Positions 1 through 11,800 of a stretch of DNA of 44,192 nt are shown in pieces. The translations under genes and the position numbers were made by a program. The notes under the pieces are model-generated. The model saw only the letters and a list, made by a program, of their open reading frames with translations. It made no database searches and had not been told where the DNA came from. Every line of letters begins with the position of its first letter. Position 1 is the first letter of the stretch. Source of the stretch: Chrysochromulina tobinii (lineage: Eukaryota); NCBI GenBank assembly GCA_001275005.1, contig JWZX01002775.1, positions 1 to 44,192 on the forward strand. The letters run 5' to 3'.

Positions 1-3000
1 GGTGGGGGGTGGGGGGTGGGCTCCGTGACGAGCATGCGCGGGTGATGCGAGGTTGCCCACGACAACGCGATGGAGTCACACCGGGTCGACGATGGAGCCG
101 GGGTGGTCGGGGGGTAAGATAGGATGGACGTCCTTGGGCATCACGAGCATACGAAAGGGCGCGTTGCCCACCTGACGAGGGTAGCACTCAGAGGAGGTAA
201 TCAGAGGCAATCAAGGCTCATGAGCGTCCATCAGCGTGCACGAGGTCGAGAGGTGAGCCATCATGCGCAATCAGTGACGAAACGCAGCGAAACGCACCGC
301 CTCGACGAGCGCCTCGTCCGTGAGCTCGTGCAATCTCCAGCCGAGCGTCGCGTTCGTCAACACCAACGGCCCGCGCTCGAGGAGCTTGACGAAACCCATC
401 TCGACGGCGAGCTCATAGGGGACGCGGTTGCACGGCTGCACTCCGGGGCTGCGCTCGAAGGCCTCAGGGTAGACCGCCGACGCCTAATGAGGGAGGCAAT
501 CAGAGGTCATCAGCGGCCCTCGTACCTTGATTGCGGGCCAATCACGCCTATTGAGGGAGGCAATCAGAGGTCATCAGCGGCCCTCGTACCTTGATTGCGG
601 GCCAATCACGCGCAGAAGCGGCGCATGTCTCTGGCGGCGTAGCGGTCTCGAGCCACGTGGCAAACCTGATGAGGGATGCAATCGGAGGTACTCAAGTCGT
701 AATTAGGAGTCGCAATCCCACTGCGGCGCGGCGGTCTCGAGCCACGTGGCAACCCGTTTCGCCTCCGTAGCGATGCAATCTTAGCAATCTGTTGCAATCA
801 GTGGCAATCTGTGGCAATGATTGGTACTCAGTAGCACTCAGTAGCACTCAGTAGCAATCTGTTGCAATCAGTGGCAATCAGTTGTGGCAAACCGTTTCGC
901 CTCCGTAGCGATGCCGCCGCTGCCTTCCGCCTCCGTGGCCGCAAAGGCGGCGAATGCCTGATGAGGGAGGCAATTATGGGTCATCGGTGATCATCAGAGG
1001 TCATCAGAGGTCATCAGAGGTCATCAGAGGTCATCAGAGGTCATCAGAGGCGGCGAATGCCTGCGCTGCCCGTTGAGGGTCCACCTCCTTGAGTGCGTAC
1101 CTGTGGGGAGTGGGCGCCGTGGTGAGCACATGCATGCAAGGCGGGGTCCACCTCCTTTGAGTGCGTACGCCAGTCCCGAATAGGCAGCCGCTGATGAAGG
1201 CAAGATGCGCAATGCATGCTCGTACGCGTGCACCGCCCGCTCCAGAGACTCCGGCGTGCCTGTGGGGATTGGGCGCCGTGGTGAGCATATGCAGGCAACT
1301 CAGGGCCCGTCCGTGGCCGCTCCAGAGACTCCGGCGTGCCTGCGGGCGTTACCAGACGCACTCAGACGCACTCAGACGCACTCAGACGCACTCAGAGGCA
1401 ATCCAGACGCAATCCAGGCGCACTCAGACGCATTCAGACGCATTCAGAGGCACTCAGACGCAATCAATGGCGCGCCTTGACTCTTGGCCGTGTGCGCGCA
1501 ATCAGACGCAATCAGACGCAATCAGACGCAATCATGCCTTGACTCTTGGCCGTGTGCGCGGCCCTGATGAAGGAGGCAATCAGACGCAATCAGGCGCAAT
1601 CATGCCTTGACTCTTGGCCGTGTGCGCGGCCCTGATGAAGGAGGCAATCAGACGCAATCAGACGCAATCATGCCTTGACTCTTGGCCGTGTGCGCGAGGC
1701 TCGTGTACACGGCCGCATCGGACGGTGCGAGATTGAGCGCGAGATTGAACGCGTTCTCGGCCTCGACGAAACGCGCCGCCGAGTCGAGCGCGTTCCCAAA
1801 GTTGATCACCTGAGAGGGGGCCATCATGCGCAATCAGTAGCCATCAGTGGCCATCATTCGCAATCAATGGCCATCATTCGCAATCAGTGGCCATCATTCG
1901 CAATCAGTGGCCATCAGACATCATCAATGCACCTTGGACACATCTGTTGGATCCGCGTTGAGCGCCCCCCGATACCAAAAGAGAGCTTCGTCAAGTTTAC
2001 CGTCCACCTTCAGAGCATTGGCCAGGTTGTAGGCCGCAGCCGCGTCGTTCGGTGCGAGGCGCAGCACCGTCGTGAACGCCCCCGCCGCGTCGCGCGCGTG
2101 CCCCATTTTATCAAAGGCGTTCCCGAGATTGAAATAGCTCTCCGTGTCGGTGGGCTGTAACGTCAGCGCCGTCGTGAACGCCGCCACCGCCTCGGGGTGG
2201 CGCGAGGTGGCGTACAGGGCGTTGCCGCGATTGTGGTGGTTGTCTGCATGGGTTGTTCGTAGGCTCAGCGCGCAATCAAGATGCAATCAATAGGCAATCA
2301 ATAGGCAATCAAGAGGCAATCAAGAGGCAATTATCGACACTCACCAGCATTGGTTGGCCGTAGGCTCAGCGCGCGATCAAGATGCAATCAAGATGCAATC
2401 AAGAGGCAATCAAGAGGCAATTATCGACACTCACCAGCATTTGTTGGCTGTAGGCTCAGCGCGCAATCAAGATGCAATCAAGATGCAATCAAGGTGCAAT
2501 TAAGAGGCAATTATCGACATTCACCAGCATTGGTTGGCTGTAGGCTCAGCGCGCAATCAAGATGCAATCAATAGGCAATCAAGAGGCAATCAAGAGGCAA
2601 TCAAGAGGCAATCAAGAGGCAATTATCGACACTCACCAGCATTGGTTGGCTGTAGGCTCAGCGCGCGATCATAGGATGCCAACGCCTCGTGGTTCTTGCC
2701 GAGCTTCTGCAGCGACAGGCCATAGTTGGTGCCAACCGTCGAGAGGACCTGATGAAGGAGGCACTCAGGGGCACTCATCAGAGGCACTCATCAGTGCACA
2801 TCAGAGGCAATCATCAGAGGCACTCATCAGAGGCACTCACCAGAGGCACTCATCAGAGGCAATCAGAGGCAATCACAAGAGCCAAACAGAGGCACTCACC
2901 AGAGGCACTCAGCAGCATTCCAATTCCATATTAGGAATAAGCAGGCAAGCAAACGGACCTGCTGACGCTGCGCGTCATTGCGCCACGGTCCATCGGCGCT

Positions 3001-3435
3001 GAGCGTGAGGCAAAGGGCGTATGCCTCGGCCGCCTCGGCCCAACGGTTGGACTGCTGCAGCATGAAGCCGCGCTGTAGTGGCGCCATCCAGGCTGGCGGC
3101 TGCTGCGGCTGCTGCGGCTGCGGCTGCGGCTGCGGCTGCGGCTGCGGCTGCGGCTGCGGCTGCGTCGGCTGCTGCTCCTGAAGTGACGGCCTTGGTGCTG
3201 TTGAGGTAGGCACGCCGTCCTCTGCCTTGGGGCGAGGTGCTGGATCAATTTTGGAGGCCTGCTTTTTGGACGCGGCAGATGGCCGAGGTTCGCAACGCAA
3301 CGATGCCAGCCGGAGCGTGCAATGTGCGATCGGCTCGCAACGCACGCGCTGCCAAGACCAAGTGCACGCTGGTCGATCCTGTGCTCCAGCCAAGGCGATC
3401 AAGGTGAACAGTATGAGGCCGGTGGCGACGGCCAT
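1..3435 (-). CDS. Multi-exon TPR-repeat protein with signal peptide and probable C-terminal JmjC/cupin-like domain; 3' end lies outside the window
   Basis: ATG at 3435 with hydrophobic leader (MAVATGLILFTLIALAGA) and a QP-rich linker. TPR exons: YFNLGNAFDKMG, AYNLANALKVDGKLDEALFWYRGAL, AVHAYEHALRILPSSAAAYSGLAYAL. Exons join in frame via GT/GC-AG introns (e.g. 1101-1168). Exons near 120-483 read GPLVLTNATLGWRLHELTDEALVEAVGNAPFRM, resembling the start of Cupin_8/JmjC domains (weaker call). Confidence 0.75.
1101..1168 (-). mobile_element. Example intron = exon duplication + CACAG acceptor cassette (introner-like)
   Basis: GGGTCCACCTCCTT(T)GAGTGCGTAC at 1077-1100 and 1144-1168 flanks the cassette ccttgcatgcatgtgctcaccacggcgcccactccccacag (minus strand). 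Removal restores GLAYALKEVDPQR in frame. Confidence 0.75.
3097..3163. repeat. (CAGCCG)n coding microsatellite (poly-QP)
   Basis: Hexamer array encoding QPQPQP in exon 1 of the TPR gene. Confidence 0.9.
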
Positions 3436-3631
3436 TAGCGATGTTGATCTCGGGTGTGCGAGATAGAACCGGAAGCGGGATCTATTGCACCGCCATTCAG
3501 GCCCCGAGAGCTGCGTCGCACTTTCCTAATGACAACAATCTCGGTGACGGGAGCTCACACCGGCTCTCGTGCGAGCGCGCCGACCCAGCCGGCTTGTTGG
3601 AGGGATGCCTCGCGTCGTCTCGCTGCCAACC

Positions 3632-4546
3632 ATGCTCGCGCTCCTCGAGTTGGCGGGCTCGCTCCGTGTACCCGTCTCGCCACGCATGCAGCTCCTTGGT
3701 CCGGACGGCCGGCCTATCGGCGGCGGCAGGAGCAGCCCTGGCTCGAGTGCCACCCCTGGACGCAGTGGACTGCTCGGCGTGGGCGGCGCTGGCTCGGGTG
3801 CAAAGAGTGCCAGCCCGAAGGTTGTGGTCGTCGGCGGTGGCGGAGCTAAACCTGCAGCGGCCGCGTTCGGCAGCATGCCCGAGGACCTCGCCGACTTTGA
3901 TCCGTCGTTTGATCCGCTTGCGGCCGCACGGCCCAAATACGACCTGGCGGGCGCCTCGGGGCGCGGCGACGAGGCAGTGTGGGGCGCCGTGGCGCCCTCC
4001 TCAGCAGATGCGATCGCCGAGTGGACCAGCCACATGCTCGGCAAGGGCATCAAGCGAGTGCTCGGCTTGTTCACGGAGGAGGATGCGGCCGCGCGCAGTC
4101 CTGATGGCTCCGCCGCAGGCTACATGGGGGCGCTTGTGGCGGCGGGCTTCGAGCCGAGTGGTGTGTCGCTGCTAGACCCACGCCTCCCAGGCTCGCGCGA
4201 CATCGTCCTCGCAATGTGCCGCGACGCGTACGCCGAAAAGGTGCGCCTGTGCGTGCACTGTGCAGACGGGACCACGCTGACGTCGGTTGCGATGGCGGAT
4301 TGGCTACTCAGTGACTACGTGGGCGGCAACAACGCGGAGGAGGCGTGCGATCTGCTCGCGACGCGCAAGCGGCTCGCGGGCGTCGAGCGGCGCACCGCGC
4401 CCGAGCAGCTCGAGTGTTGGGTCACCAACGGCTGCCTTGCCGACGTGACGCCCGTGCATGCAAAGTCCTTGGTCGACGCCTGGTTGGAGCGACGCGCCAA
4501 GCTCGAGACGCCGAGCAACATCCAGGTGGTGGACGACCTGATGTGA
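3632..4546 (+). CDS. Protein tyrosine/dual-specificity phosphatase-like protein, probably plastid-targeted, lacking the catalytic Arg
   Basis: Intronless ORF. N-terminus MLALLELAGSLRVPVSPRM resembles signal + transit peptide. EWTSHMLGKGIKRVLGL and VRLCVHCADGTTLTSVAMADWL match the PTP/DSP fold, with HCxxGxxR changed to HCADGTTL. Confidence 0.65.
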   Translation: MLALLELAGSLRVPVSPRMQLLGPDGRPIGGGRSSPGSSATPGRSGLLGVGGAGSGAKSASPKVVVVGGGGAKPAAAAFGSMPEDLADFDPSFDPLAAARPKYDLAGASGRGDEAVWGAVAPSSADAIAEWTSHMLGKGIKRVLGLFTEEDAAARSPDGSAAGYMGALVAAGFEPSGVSLLDPRLPGSRDIVLAMCRDAYAEKVRLCVHCADGTTLTSVAMADWLLSDYVGGNNAEEACDLLATRKRLAGVERRTAPEQLECWVTNGCLADVTPVHAKSLVDAWLERRAKLETPSNIQVVDDLM

Positions 4547-5349
4547 GAGATGAGAGGGGTAGTGGTAGGGGTGGTGCGTGTGTGGAGGACCTGCCGGACG
4601 CGTGACGGACGCGGACTCAACGAGGGTTGATACGGGTTCCGACCAGAAAAATTTCTTTGAGGATCGAGCTCGTGTGCGGATCGAAATGATGTCGTTGCGG
4701 CGCGCGTGTTGGGCCGATAGACCGCGTCGTGAGCGTTTCTGGGCATCGAGATGAAAAGCGTCGTGTTGAGCGGCGAGCGGAGCGTCGGCAGTTCCGCCCA
4801 TAACCGCGCTACAATTGTATTGCGCACGACGGCGAGGGCGGTACTCTCGTGACGGGCTACTTCAGCGGCAACGCATCGTTCGGCTCGACGACACTCACAA
4901 GCCTTGGGAAGGCAGCAACCTGCTTTGTTGCTTCGCTCATGCCGCCTCCAGATCGACCACCGCTGCCTCCGCGCCCGCCGCCAGCGCCATTCCACCCATC
5001 ACCACCAGGCTCCCCTCCGGAATCATCTCTGACGCCAGATCCGCGTGGCGTTATGGCTCTTAGCGAGCAGACTGCAGTTGTGGTGTCCCTCGCAACCAGT
5101 CTTGCACTTCTGGCTCTGCTGTTGGCGTGCGTCTATCGCCGCCACTATCGCCGTCTAGCCGACAACTTTCGGGTCTCGCTCGACCGCCGTGAGCTCGACC
5201 TGCAGCTGCTCGAACACCGCTTCAAACAGCAGGCTCGTCCGCAATCGGACGAGTCGCCCTGGTACGTGTCCCCACCGTCCGAGTATGCGCCCAACTCGAT
5301 CCCCAAGCGGTGTGACTTCCCCAAGCGGTGTGTCTGTGACGTCTGCGCG

Positions 5350-6153
5350 ATGCCGCCCAAGCGCGGCCGCGCGGCTGCGGACGAGACGGCGCATGATTTT
5401 CGCCGACACAAGAGCGCCACGGAGGAGGCCTTTGCCGAGCTCGTCTGCCCCATCACCTTCTCGCTCCCCGTCGACCCCGTCACGGCGGAGGACGGCAACG
5501 TGTACGAGCGCTCGGCCATCGAGGAGTGGCTCAAGCAGCAGCTCAAGAGCCCGGTGACGAACTTGGCGATGGGCACGAAGCTGCTACCGGCGCTGCAGGT
5601 GAAGAACATGATCCGCACGATGGTCACCTCGGGCGCTCTCACGGGCGACAAGGTGGACTTGTGGAAGCTGAAGCTGAAGGAGGAGGAGGAGGTGGCGGTG
5701 ATGCTGCGGAGGGCCGAGGCTGGCGATGGCGCGGCGATGTTCATCCTGGGACTTTGGTACGAGAATGGTGAGAAGGGCCTCGTGAAGGACAAGGCCAAGA
5801 CTTTCGAGTGGTACAAGAAGAGCCACGAGGCTGGGGATGCAAGTGGGACTTGCTGCCTTGGCCAGTCTTACTTGGTTGGTGATGGCGTGCCAAAGTGCCT
5901 TGCGCGTGGTGCTACGCTGCTGAGCCAGGCCGCTGAGCACGGCAGCCAATACGCGTGCTGCAACCTGGGGCGCGCATACGCTCATGGCCTCTGGGGCTTC
6001 CCGGAGGACGAGACGATGGCGCGCCGCTACTACTCGATGGTGGCGAGCGCCGCGATCGAGTACTACTCGATGGTGGCGAGCGCCGCGATCGAGGATTGCA
6101 CACCTGCCAAAGAGGAAGCAGCCACATGGCTGCGTGAGCATCCGGCAGCTTGA
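5350..6153 (+). CDS. U-box + Sel1-repeat E3 ubiquitin ligase, copy 1 (open in frame upstream to at least 4939)
   Basis: CPITFSLPVDPVTAEDGNVYERSAIEEWL...SPVTN U-box. Three Sel1-like repeats (AMFILGLWYENGEKGLVKD..., LGQSYLVGDGVPK, NLGRAYAHGLWGFPED). In-frame 33-bp tandem duplication at 6028-6093. Confidence 0.9.
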   Translation: MPPKRGRAAADETAHDFRRHKSATEEAFAELVCPITFSLPVDPVTAEDGNVYERSAIEEWLKQQLKSPVTNLAMGTKLLPALQVKNMIRTMVTSGALTGDKVDLWKLKLKEEEEVAVMLRRAEAGDGAAMFILGLWYENGEKGLVKDKAKTFEWYKKSHEAGDASGTCCLGQSYLVGDGVPKCLARGATLLSQAAEHGSQYACCNLGRAYAHGLWGFPEDETMARRYYSMVASAAIEYYSMVASAAIEDCTPAKEEAATWLREHPAA

Positions 6154-6247
6154 CTCGGTGCGTTGGCACGTTTGAGTGCTGCGCTGGATGACGCTTCAGA
6201 GGCTGAGCTAGCTCGGCTTGCGGTTGCTTCGTGTGTGTCTTGTCAGG

Positions 6248-6904
6248 GACATCGTCCTCGCAATGTGCCGTGACGCGTCCACGCCGAAAAGGTGCGCCTG
6301 TGCGTGCTCTGTTTGGACGGGACCACGCTGACGTCGGCTGCGATGGCGGATTGGCTACTCAGTGACGACGTGGGCGGCAACAACGCGGAGGAGGCGTGCG
6401 ATCAGCATGCAATCAGCATGCAATCAGCATGCAATCAGCATGCAATCGGAGGAGGCGTGCAATCTGCTCGCGACGCGCAAGCGGCTCGCGGGCGTCGAGC
6501 GGCGCACCGCGCCCGAGCAGCTCGAGTGTTGGGTCACCAACGGCTGCCTTGCCGACGTAACGCCCGTGCATGCAAAGACCTTGGTGGTCGACGCCTGGTT
6601 GGAGCGACGCGCCAAGCTCGAGACGCCGAGCAACATCCAGGTGGTGGACGACCTGATGTGAGAGATGAGAGGGGTAGTGGTAGGGGCGGTGCGTTTGTGG
6701 AGGACCTGCCGGATGCGTGACGGACGCGGACTTCTCAACGAGGGTTGATACAAGTTGATACGGGTTCCGACCAGATAAATTTCTTTGAAGATCGAGCTCG
6801 TGTGCGGATCGGAATGATGTCGTTGCGGCGCGCGTTTTTTGGCCGATAGACCGCGACGTGAGCGTTGTGGCAACGAGTTTCGAAGCGTCGTGTTGAGCGG
6901 CGAG
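6248..6904 (+). pseudogene. Partial duplicate of the phosphatase-like gene 3' end plus its downstream flank (copy of 4199-4777)
   Basis: Near-identical to 4199-4777 but lacks the 5' part, has small indels near 6279 and 6583, and carries a repeat insertion around 6387-6464. Confidence 0.85.
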
Positions 6905-6945
6905 GGGTGTGTTCCGCCTTCCTCCTTGTGCCCACCGGCGTCGCG

Positions 6946-7722
6946 ATGCCGCCCAAGCGCGGCCGCGAGGCTGCCGAGGACGAGACGTCGCAGGAGCTAC
7001 GTCGAACCAAGAGCGCGGTCAACGAGGCCATGAACGAGTTCCTCTGCCCCATCACCTTCTCGTTGCCCGTCGACCCCGTCATGGCGGAGGACGGCAAGGT
7101 GTACGAGCGCTCGGCCATCGAGGAGTGGCTCAAGCAGCAGCGCAAGAGCCCGGTGACGAACTTGGCGATGGGCACGAGGCTGCTGCCGGCGCTGCAGGTC
7201 AAGAACATGATCCGCACGATGGTCACCTCGGGCGCTCTCACGGGCGACAAGGTGGACGCGTGGAAGCTGAAGCTGAAGGAGGAGGAGGAGGTGGCGGAGA
7301 CGCGGCGGAAGGCCGAGGCTGGTGATGGCGTGGCGATGTACGACCTGGGACTTTGGTACGAGAATGGTGAGAAGGGCCTCGCCAAGGACTTGGCCAAGGC
7401 TTTCGAGTTGTACAAGAAGAGCCACGAGGCTGGGGATGCAAGTGGGACTGCCGGCCTTGGCGATTGCTACTTGGTTGGGATGGGCGTGCCAAAGTGCCCC
7501 ATGCTTGGCGCTACGCTGATGAGCGACGCCGCCGCACGCGGCAGCAAAAACGCGTGCTGGAACCTGGGGTTCGCATACGCTGATGGCCTCGGGGGCTTCC
7601 CGAAGGACGAGACGATGGCGCGCCGCTACTACTCGATGGTGGCGAGCGCCGCGATCGAAGATTGCACCAACGAGGGCAAAGAGAAAGCAGCCACATGGCT
7701 GCGTGAGCATCCAGCAGCTTGA
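6946..7722 (+). CDS. U-box + Sel1-repeat E3 ligase, copy 2
   Basis: MPPKRGRE...EFLCPITFSLPVDPV...WLREHPAA*; intact and intronless. Confidence 0.9.
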   Translation: MPPKRGREAAEDETSQELRRTKSAVNEAMNEFLCPITFSLPVDPVMAEDGKVYERSAIEEWLKQQRKSPVTNLAMGTRLLPALQVKNMIRTMVTSGALTGDKVDAWKLKLKEEEEVAETRRKAEAGDGVAMYDLGLWYENGEKGLAKDLAKAFELYKKSHEAGDASGTAGLGDCYLVGMGVPKCPMLGATLMSDAAARGSKNACWNLGFAYADGLGGFPKDETMARRYYSMVASAAIEDCTNEGKEKAATWLREHPAA

Positions 7723-8833
7723 CTCGGTGCGTTGGTACGTTTGAGTGCTGCGCTGGTTGACGCTTCAGTGGCTGCGCTAGCTCGGCTCGTGGTTCCTTGT
7801 GGTTGCCCCTCTTAGTGTGCGTCCTCTCGCTCTGAGCCTCTGAGGGTTCCGTCGGCTGTATTGCGCGTTTGCGGTGCGGTGGCGGGTGGGGTGTGAGTGG
7901 GCTGTGAGTGGGCTGTGAATGGGGTGTGAATGGTGATTTGAATCCGCACGGAATGTGTCAGCGCGGTCTCCCCGCTCTCGCCGGGATCGGATATCGTATC
8001 GCGGCAGTGCGGATTCCCGACGCCGGTTCGCCCGCGGCGGGGAATACCGTACGTGCGTAAAAGCCCGATCGCTACATACGATTTTTGTCGCGCGCAACCG
8101 GCGGTGTTCCCGCTGTCTGCGACCGATCGGAACGCAAACAACGTAGAACATATCGACGAGAGCCCCACTCCGCCCTACGCCCTCGGTTCCCGTCATCGTG
8201 AGCCAGCTATAACGTAGACGCTCCGCACTGCAACGGAGCGAGCCAGCCAACTTCCTCCTTACCATTCTCCCCTTACCATGATTGTATGCACGGCTGTCGC
8301 GCGTCGTGTCGAGCTCTGGTCGGCGCGCGGTACTGTAGAAGATCCTCGGATGCGCGATTGTATGCAGATGGTAGCTCCCTGAGCCCACCCCGTACGTATA
8401 CGGCGCCTGATGGGCGCCCTCATCATGCCAAACTACGCGCCCACGATGGCGCTCCCCCCCAGCTTCGGCTCCCTAACCCGACGTCATTTGTTCCCCACCA
8501 CCATCCTGCGCTGTGCATGCCGCATGCAAACCAAGAGACCGGGACTCACGTGCCCTAATTAGGGACTCACGTGCCGCATGCAAACCACGAGACCATGAGT
8601 AGTCTCGGCATCACGTATCAAGTTCACGAGATGGACTTTCTCGGGGTGACGAAATCGGCCTCTTGGGACTTTCTCGGATGCAAGAAGTTCCTCATCAGTA
8701 ACAATCAGCTCATCAGACGAGGTGACGAAACCAGCCCCTCCTAATGAAGAAGTTCCTCATCAGCTCATCAGACGTCGACCATCCTTGATTGCCTGCCTCA
8801 TCAAACGTCGACCATCCTTGATTGCCTCCCTCA

Positions 8834-11800
8834 TCAAAAGTTCAGGGCGATCTTCATGCCGCGACGCTGCAGCAAGCCCAGCAGATCTTTTTGGTCAGCT
8901 TCGGAGAGCGCCGAGTTGAACGCCAAGTTGAGCGCGCTGACGGTCGATCGCGCCTTGGCGAGCGTCTCAATCAGCGTGATGACCCACTCCTTTTTGAGCG
9001 AGGTGGCGGCGAGATCGACCTCGAGCACGTCGCGGTTGTGCCGGAAGAGCCCGGTCAGCAGCAGCATGGCCCCGTGCAGCATGGGCCTCTCCCGCAGCAA
9101 CAGGAGCTTTTCGCCCTCGACCACGTCGAACGCGTCGCACCGCATGTACCTGATGAGGGACGCAATCGGAAGGCGTACTCAGAAGGAGAGAGGAGAAGAA
9201 TCAAGGGCCTTTAGGAGAGAGAGGCCATCCGAGGGGTTCCAGAGGAGGCATCGCATGTACGCGAGACAGGAGACAGAGTCTTCCTTGAGAAGCATCGCGC
9301 CGATGCGCTCGAACGACTCAACCATCGTTGACACCTGATGAGCGAGGCAATTCGGGAGGGAGGGAATGGTGGAGGCCATCAGAGAGCTCATGGTAAGCGT
9401 CGTGGTGGGCACCCGCCCGCCTCGGTGCGCTCGAGGTTCGAGCGCCGTGCCGGGCACCTTGCGCACGTCGAGTGACCGAAGTGTCGAGTTGGTCTCAAGA
9501 GACTTGACGAGGGCAGGCACATCCAGCTGCGTGTTGGACAGGTCGAGAACTCGGATCGGGCACTTGTCCATCTTGAGCACGGCCGCGAGATCCGCCTGAG
9601 ATTCCTTCGAGATCTGGACCGAGCTCAGATGCAGCACGGAGACGCGCTCGTAGTGCGAGGGAATGCCCCCGGGCACCGGCCGGATCTTGGAGAGGATGAG
9701 CTTCACGTGCGCGTTCGCGAGGCGCGCGTCGTTCATGAAGCAGCCCCACGTGTGCCCCTCGTACACCTGGAGGAATCTCGAGCCGGGGGGGTTTCGTGAG
9801 AGGGGGGGTGTGGTTTCGTCGGAGGAATCTCGAGCCGGGGGGGTTTCGTGAGAGGGGGGGTGGTTTCGTCAGGGCTCCTCAGGGCTCCTCAGGGCTCCTC
9901 AGGGCTCATCAGGGCTCCTCAGGGCTCATCAGGGCTCCTCAGGGCTCCTCAGGGCTCATCAGGGCTCCTCAGGGCTCCTCAGGGCTCATCAGGGCTCCTC
10001 AGGGCGGCTCAGGGCTCATCAGGGCTCCTCAGGGCGGCTCAGGGCTCATCAGGGCTCCTCAGGGCGGCTCAGGGCGGCTCACCGTGAGAGTCTCGAGCTG
10101 GGGGAAGGTTTCATTCCGCGCCATGAGTTCGGTCGGCGCGAGGAAGAGCACCTGATGACGGGAGGCATCATTCGAGCTCATCAGTGGCATTCAGCGGCAT
10201 TCAGCGGCATTCAGCGGCACCTTGTTCGTGAAGAGCTCCTCTATGCTGGGGGCCATCATCAGCTTCACTCAGTGGCACTCAGTGGCACTCAGCGGCACCT
10301 GATTCGTCAAGAGCTCCTCCATGACGGGCTTCGATCGCAACGGCTCCAGATCCGCCTCAGTTCGAATGTCGACGATGATCACGAGCGCATGCAACTCGAC
10401 GGCCTGCTTGAGAACCTCACCTGTGGGGAAGAGGGGCGGGCGCCGCGGTGAGCACCTGCATGCAGCTCGACGGCCTGCTTGAGAACCTCACCCGCATCAG
10501 ACGAGACTCCTTTAGGCAACGACTCCTCGATGCTCTTGAGAATCATATCGCGGGGGTTTGTGCGCTTGGCCTCATCGGCCATGATGGCACCCAGCTTGCC
10601 GAGCGCGAGGGGTACCGGTACCTGCCGCCGTGGTGGGCACTCCGCGCTGGGGTGAGCACTTGCATGCAAGGCGCGGCGCCTTGCTGAGCGCGAGGGGCAC
10701 TGTCACCAGCCGCCGGTCGCTCTTGGCACCCTGATGGCAATCCGAGGCAATCAGTGGCAATCAGTGGCAAGCTCTGGCACCTGCCGCCGGTCGCTCTTGG
10801 CACCGAGACGCGCCACGTCACTGAGGAGCGTGCTCGTGAGCGTGTGCAGTGCCTGCGAGAGCAGCAGGTCGTGCTCCTGTGGGGAATGGGGACGCCGCGC
10901 TGTGGTGAGCACTTGCATGCAAGGCGGGGGGGCCTCCATGGCAACCAACGTACCGTCTTGCTCTTGGTGCGGCAGAAGAAATTCGTCAGATTGGCATGGT
11001 CTTCGGAGGAGGGCGCCATCAGCTGATCGATCATCGAGAGTGCGTTCACGGTCGCCACCGCCTGCTCCTGCGGTGTCGGTGTCGTCCTTCCATCGATGCC
11101 TGAGAGAGGAGGGCGTGGCGCCGTGGTGAGCACTTGCATGCGAGGCGGTGTCGTCCTTCCATCGATGCCTTCTTTACCGGCGGGTGGTTTCGTGTCATTT
11201 GCGCTCCCGGCGGCTTTGGCAACGACCGAGGTAGTCAGCGACGGCAGGCTGCGGAGGTACAGGCGCTGATCTGACACGCGCAGTGTCTTCTTGATGATCT
11301 CATCAGCAACCTCCGTGTACTCGGCCTGCAGCGCCATCAGCGAGCCGCACTCAGAGAGTCAATGAAAAAGGCACTCAGAGAGTCAATGGGAGAGGCAATC
11401 AGACGCCATCAAGGGGGGGGCAATCATCAAGGGCGATGAGAGAGGCAATCAGACGCCATCAGGGGTGGGGGGCACTCATCAAGGGTAAGCACACACCTGT
11501 AGCACGTCAAGGAGCTGCGTGCGCGCCGCCTCGTACTTGGCCACCGACGAGAAGAGGAGCTTCGCGTGATTGCCCTCATTCAAGTCGATGATGACCATAC
11601 TCGCATCTTTCTTGAGAAGCTTCTTCGATTTGGCGGCGGCGCTGTTGCCCTTCGAGCCGAAACGCAGCTGGTGGCGCGAGCCATACCTGATGAGAGAAGC
11701 AATCGGACGGTACTCAGAAGAGAGGAGAGGCAATCAAGAGCCATCAAGAGCCATCAAGCGCCATCAAGCGTCATCACGCGCCATCAAGCGCCATCAAGCG

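Noticed and set aside
1330..1700. CRISPR-like repeat/spacer appearance
   Set aside because: The repeated parts are exon copies and 10-mers inside a spliceosomal intron; spacers are not unique and there are no cas genes.
9860..9912. Hammerhead ribozyme cores (CTGATGA...GAAA)
   Set aside because: CTGATGAG is mostly the reverse complement of the CTCATCAG acceptor or a repeat unit; I could not form stems I-III around any CTGATGA/GAAAC pair I examined.
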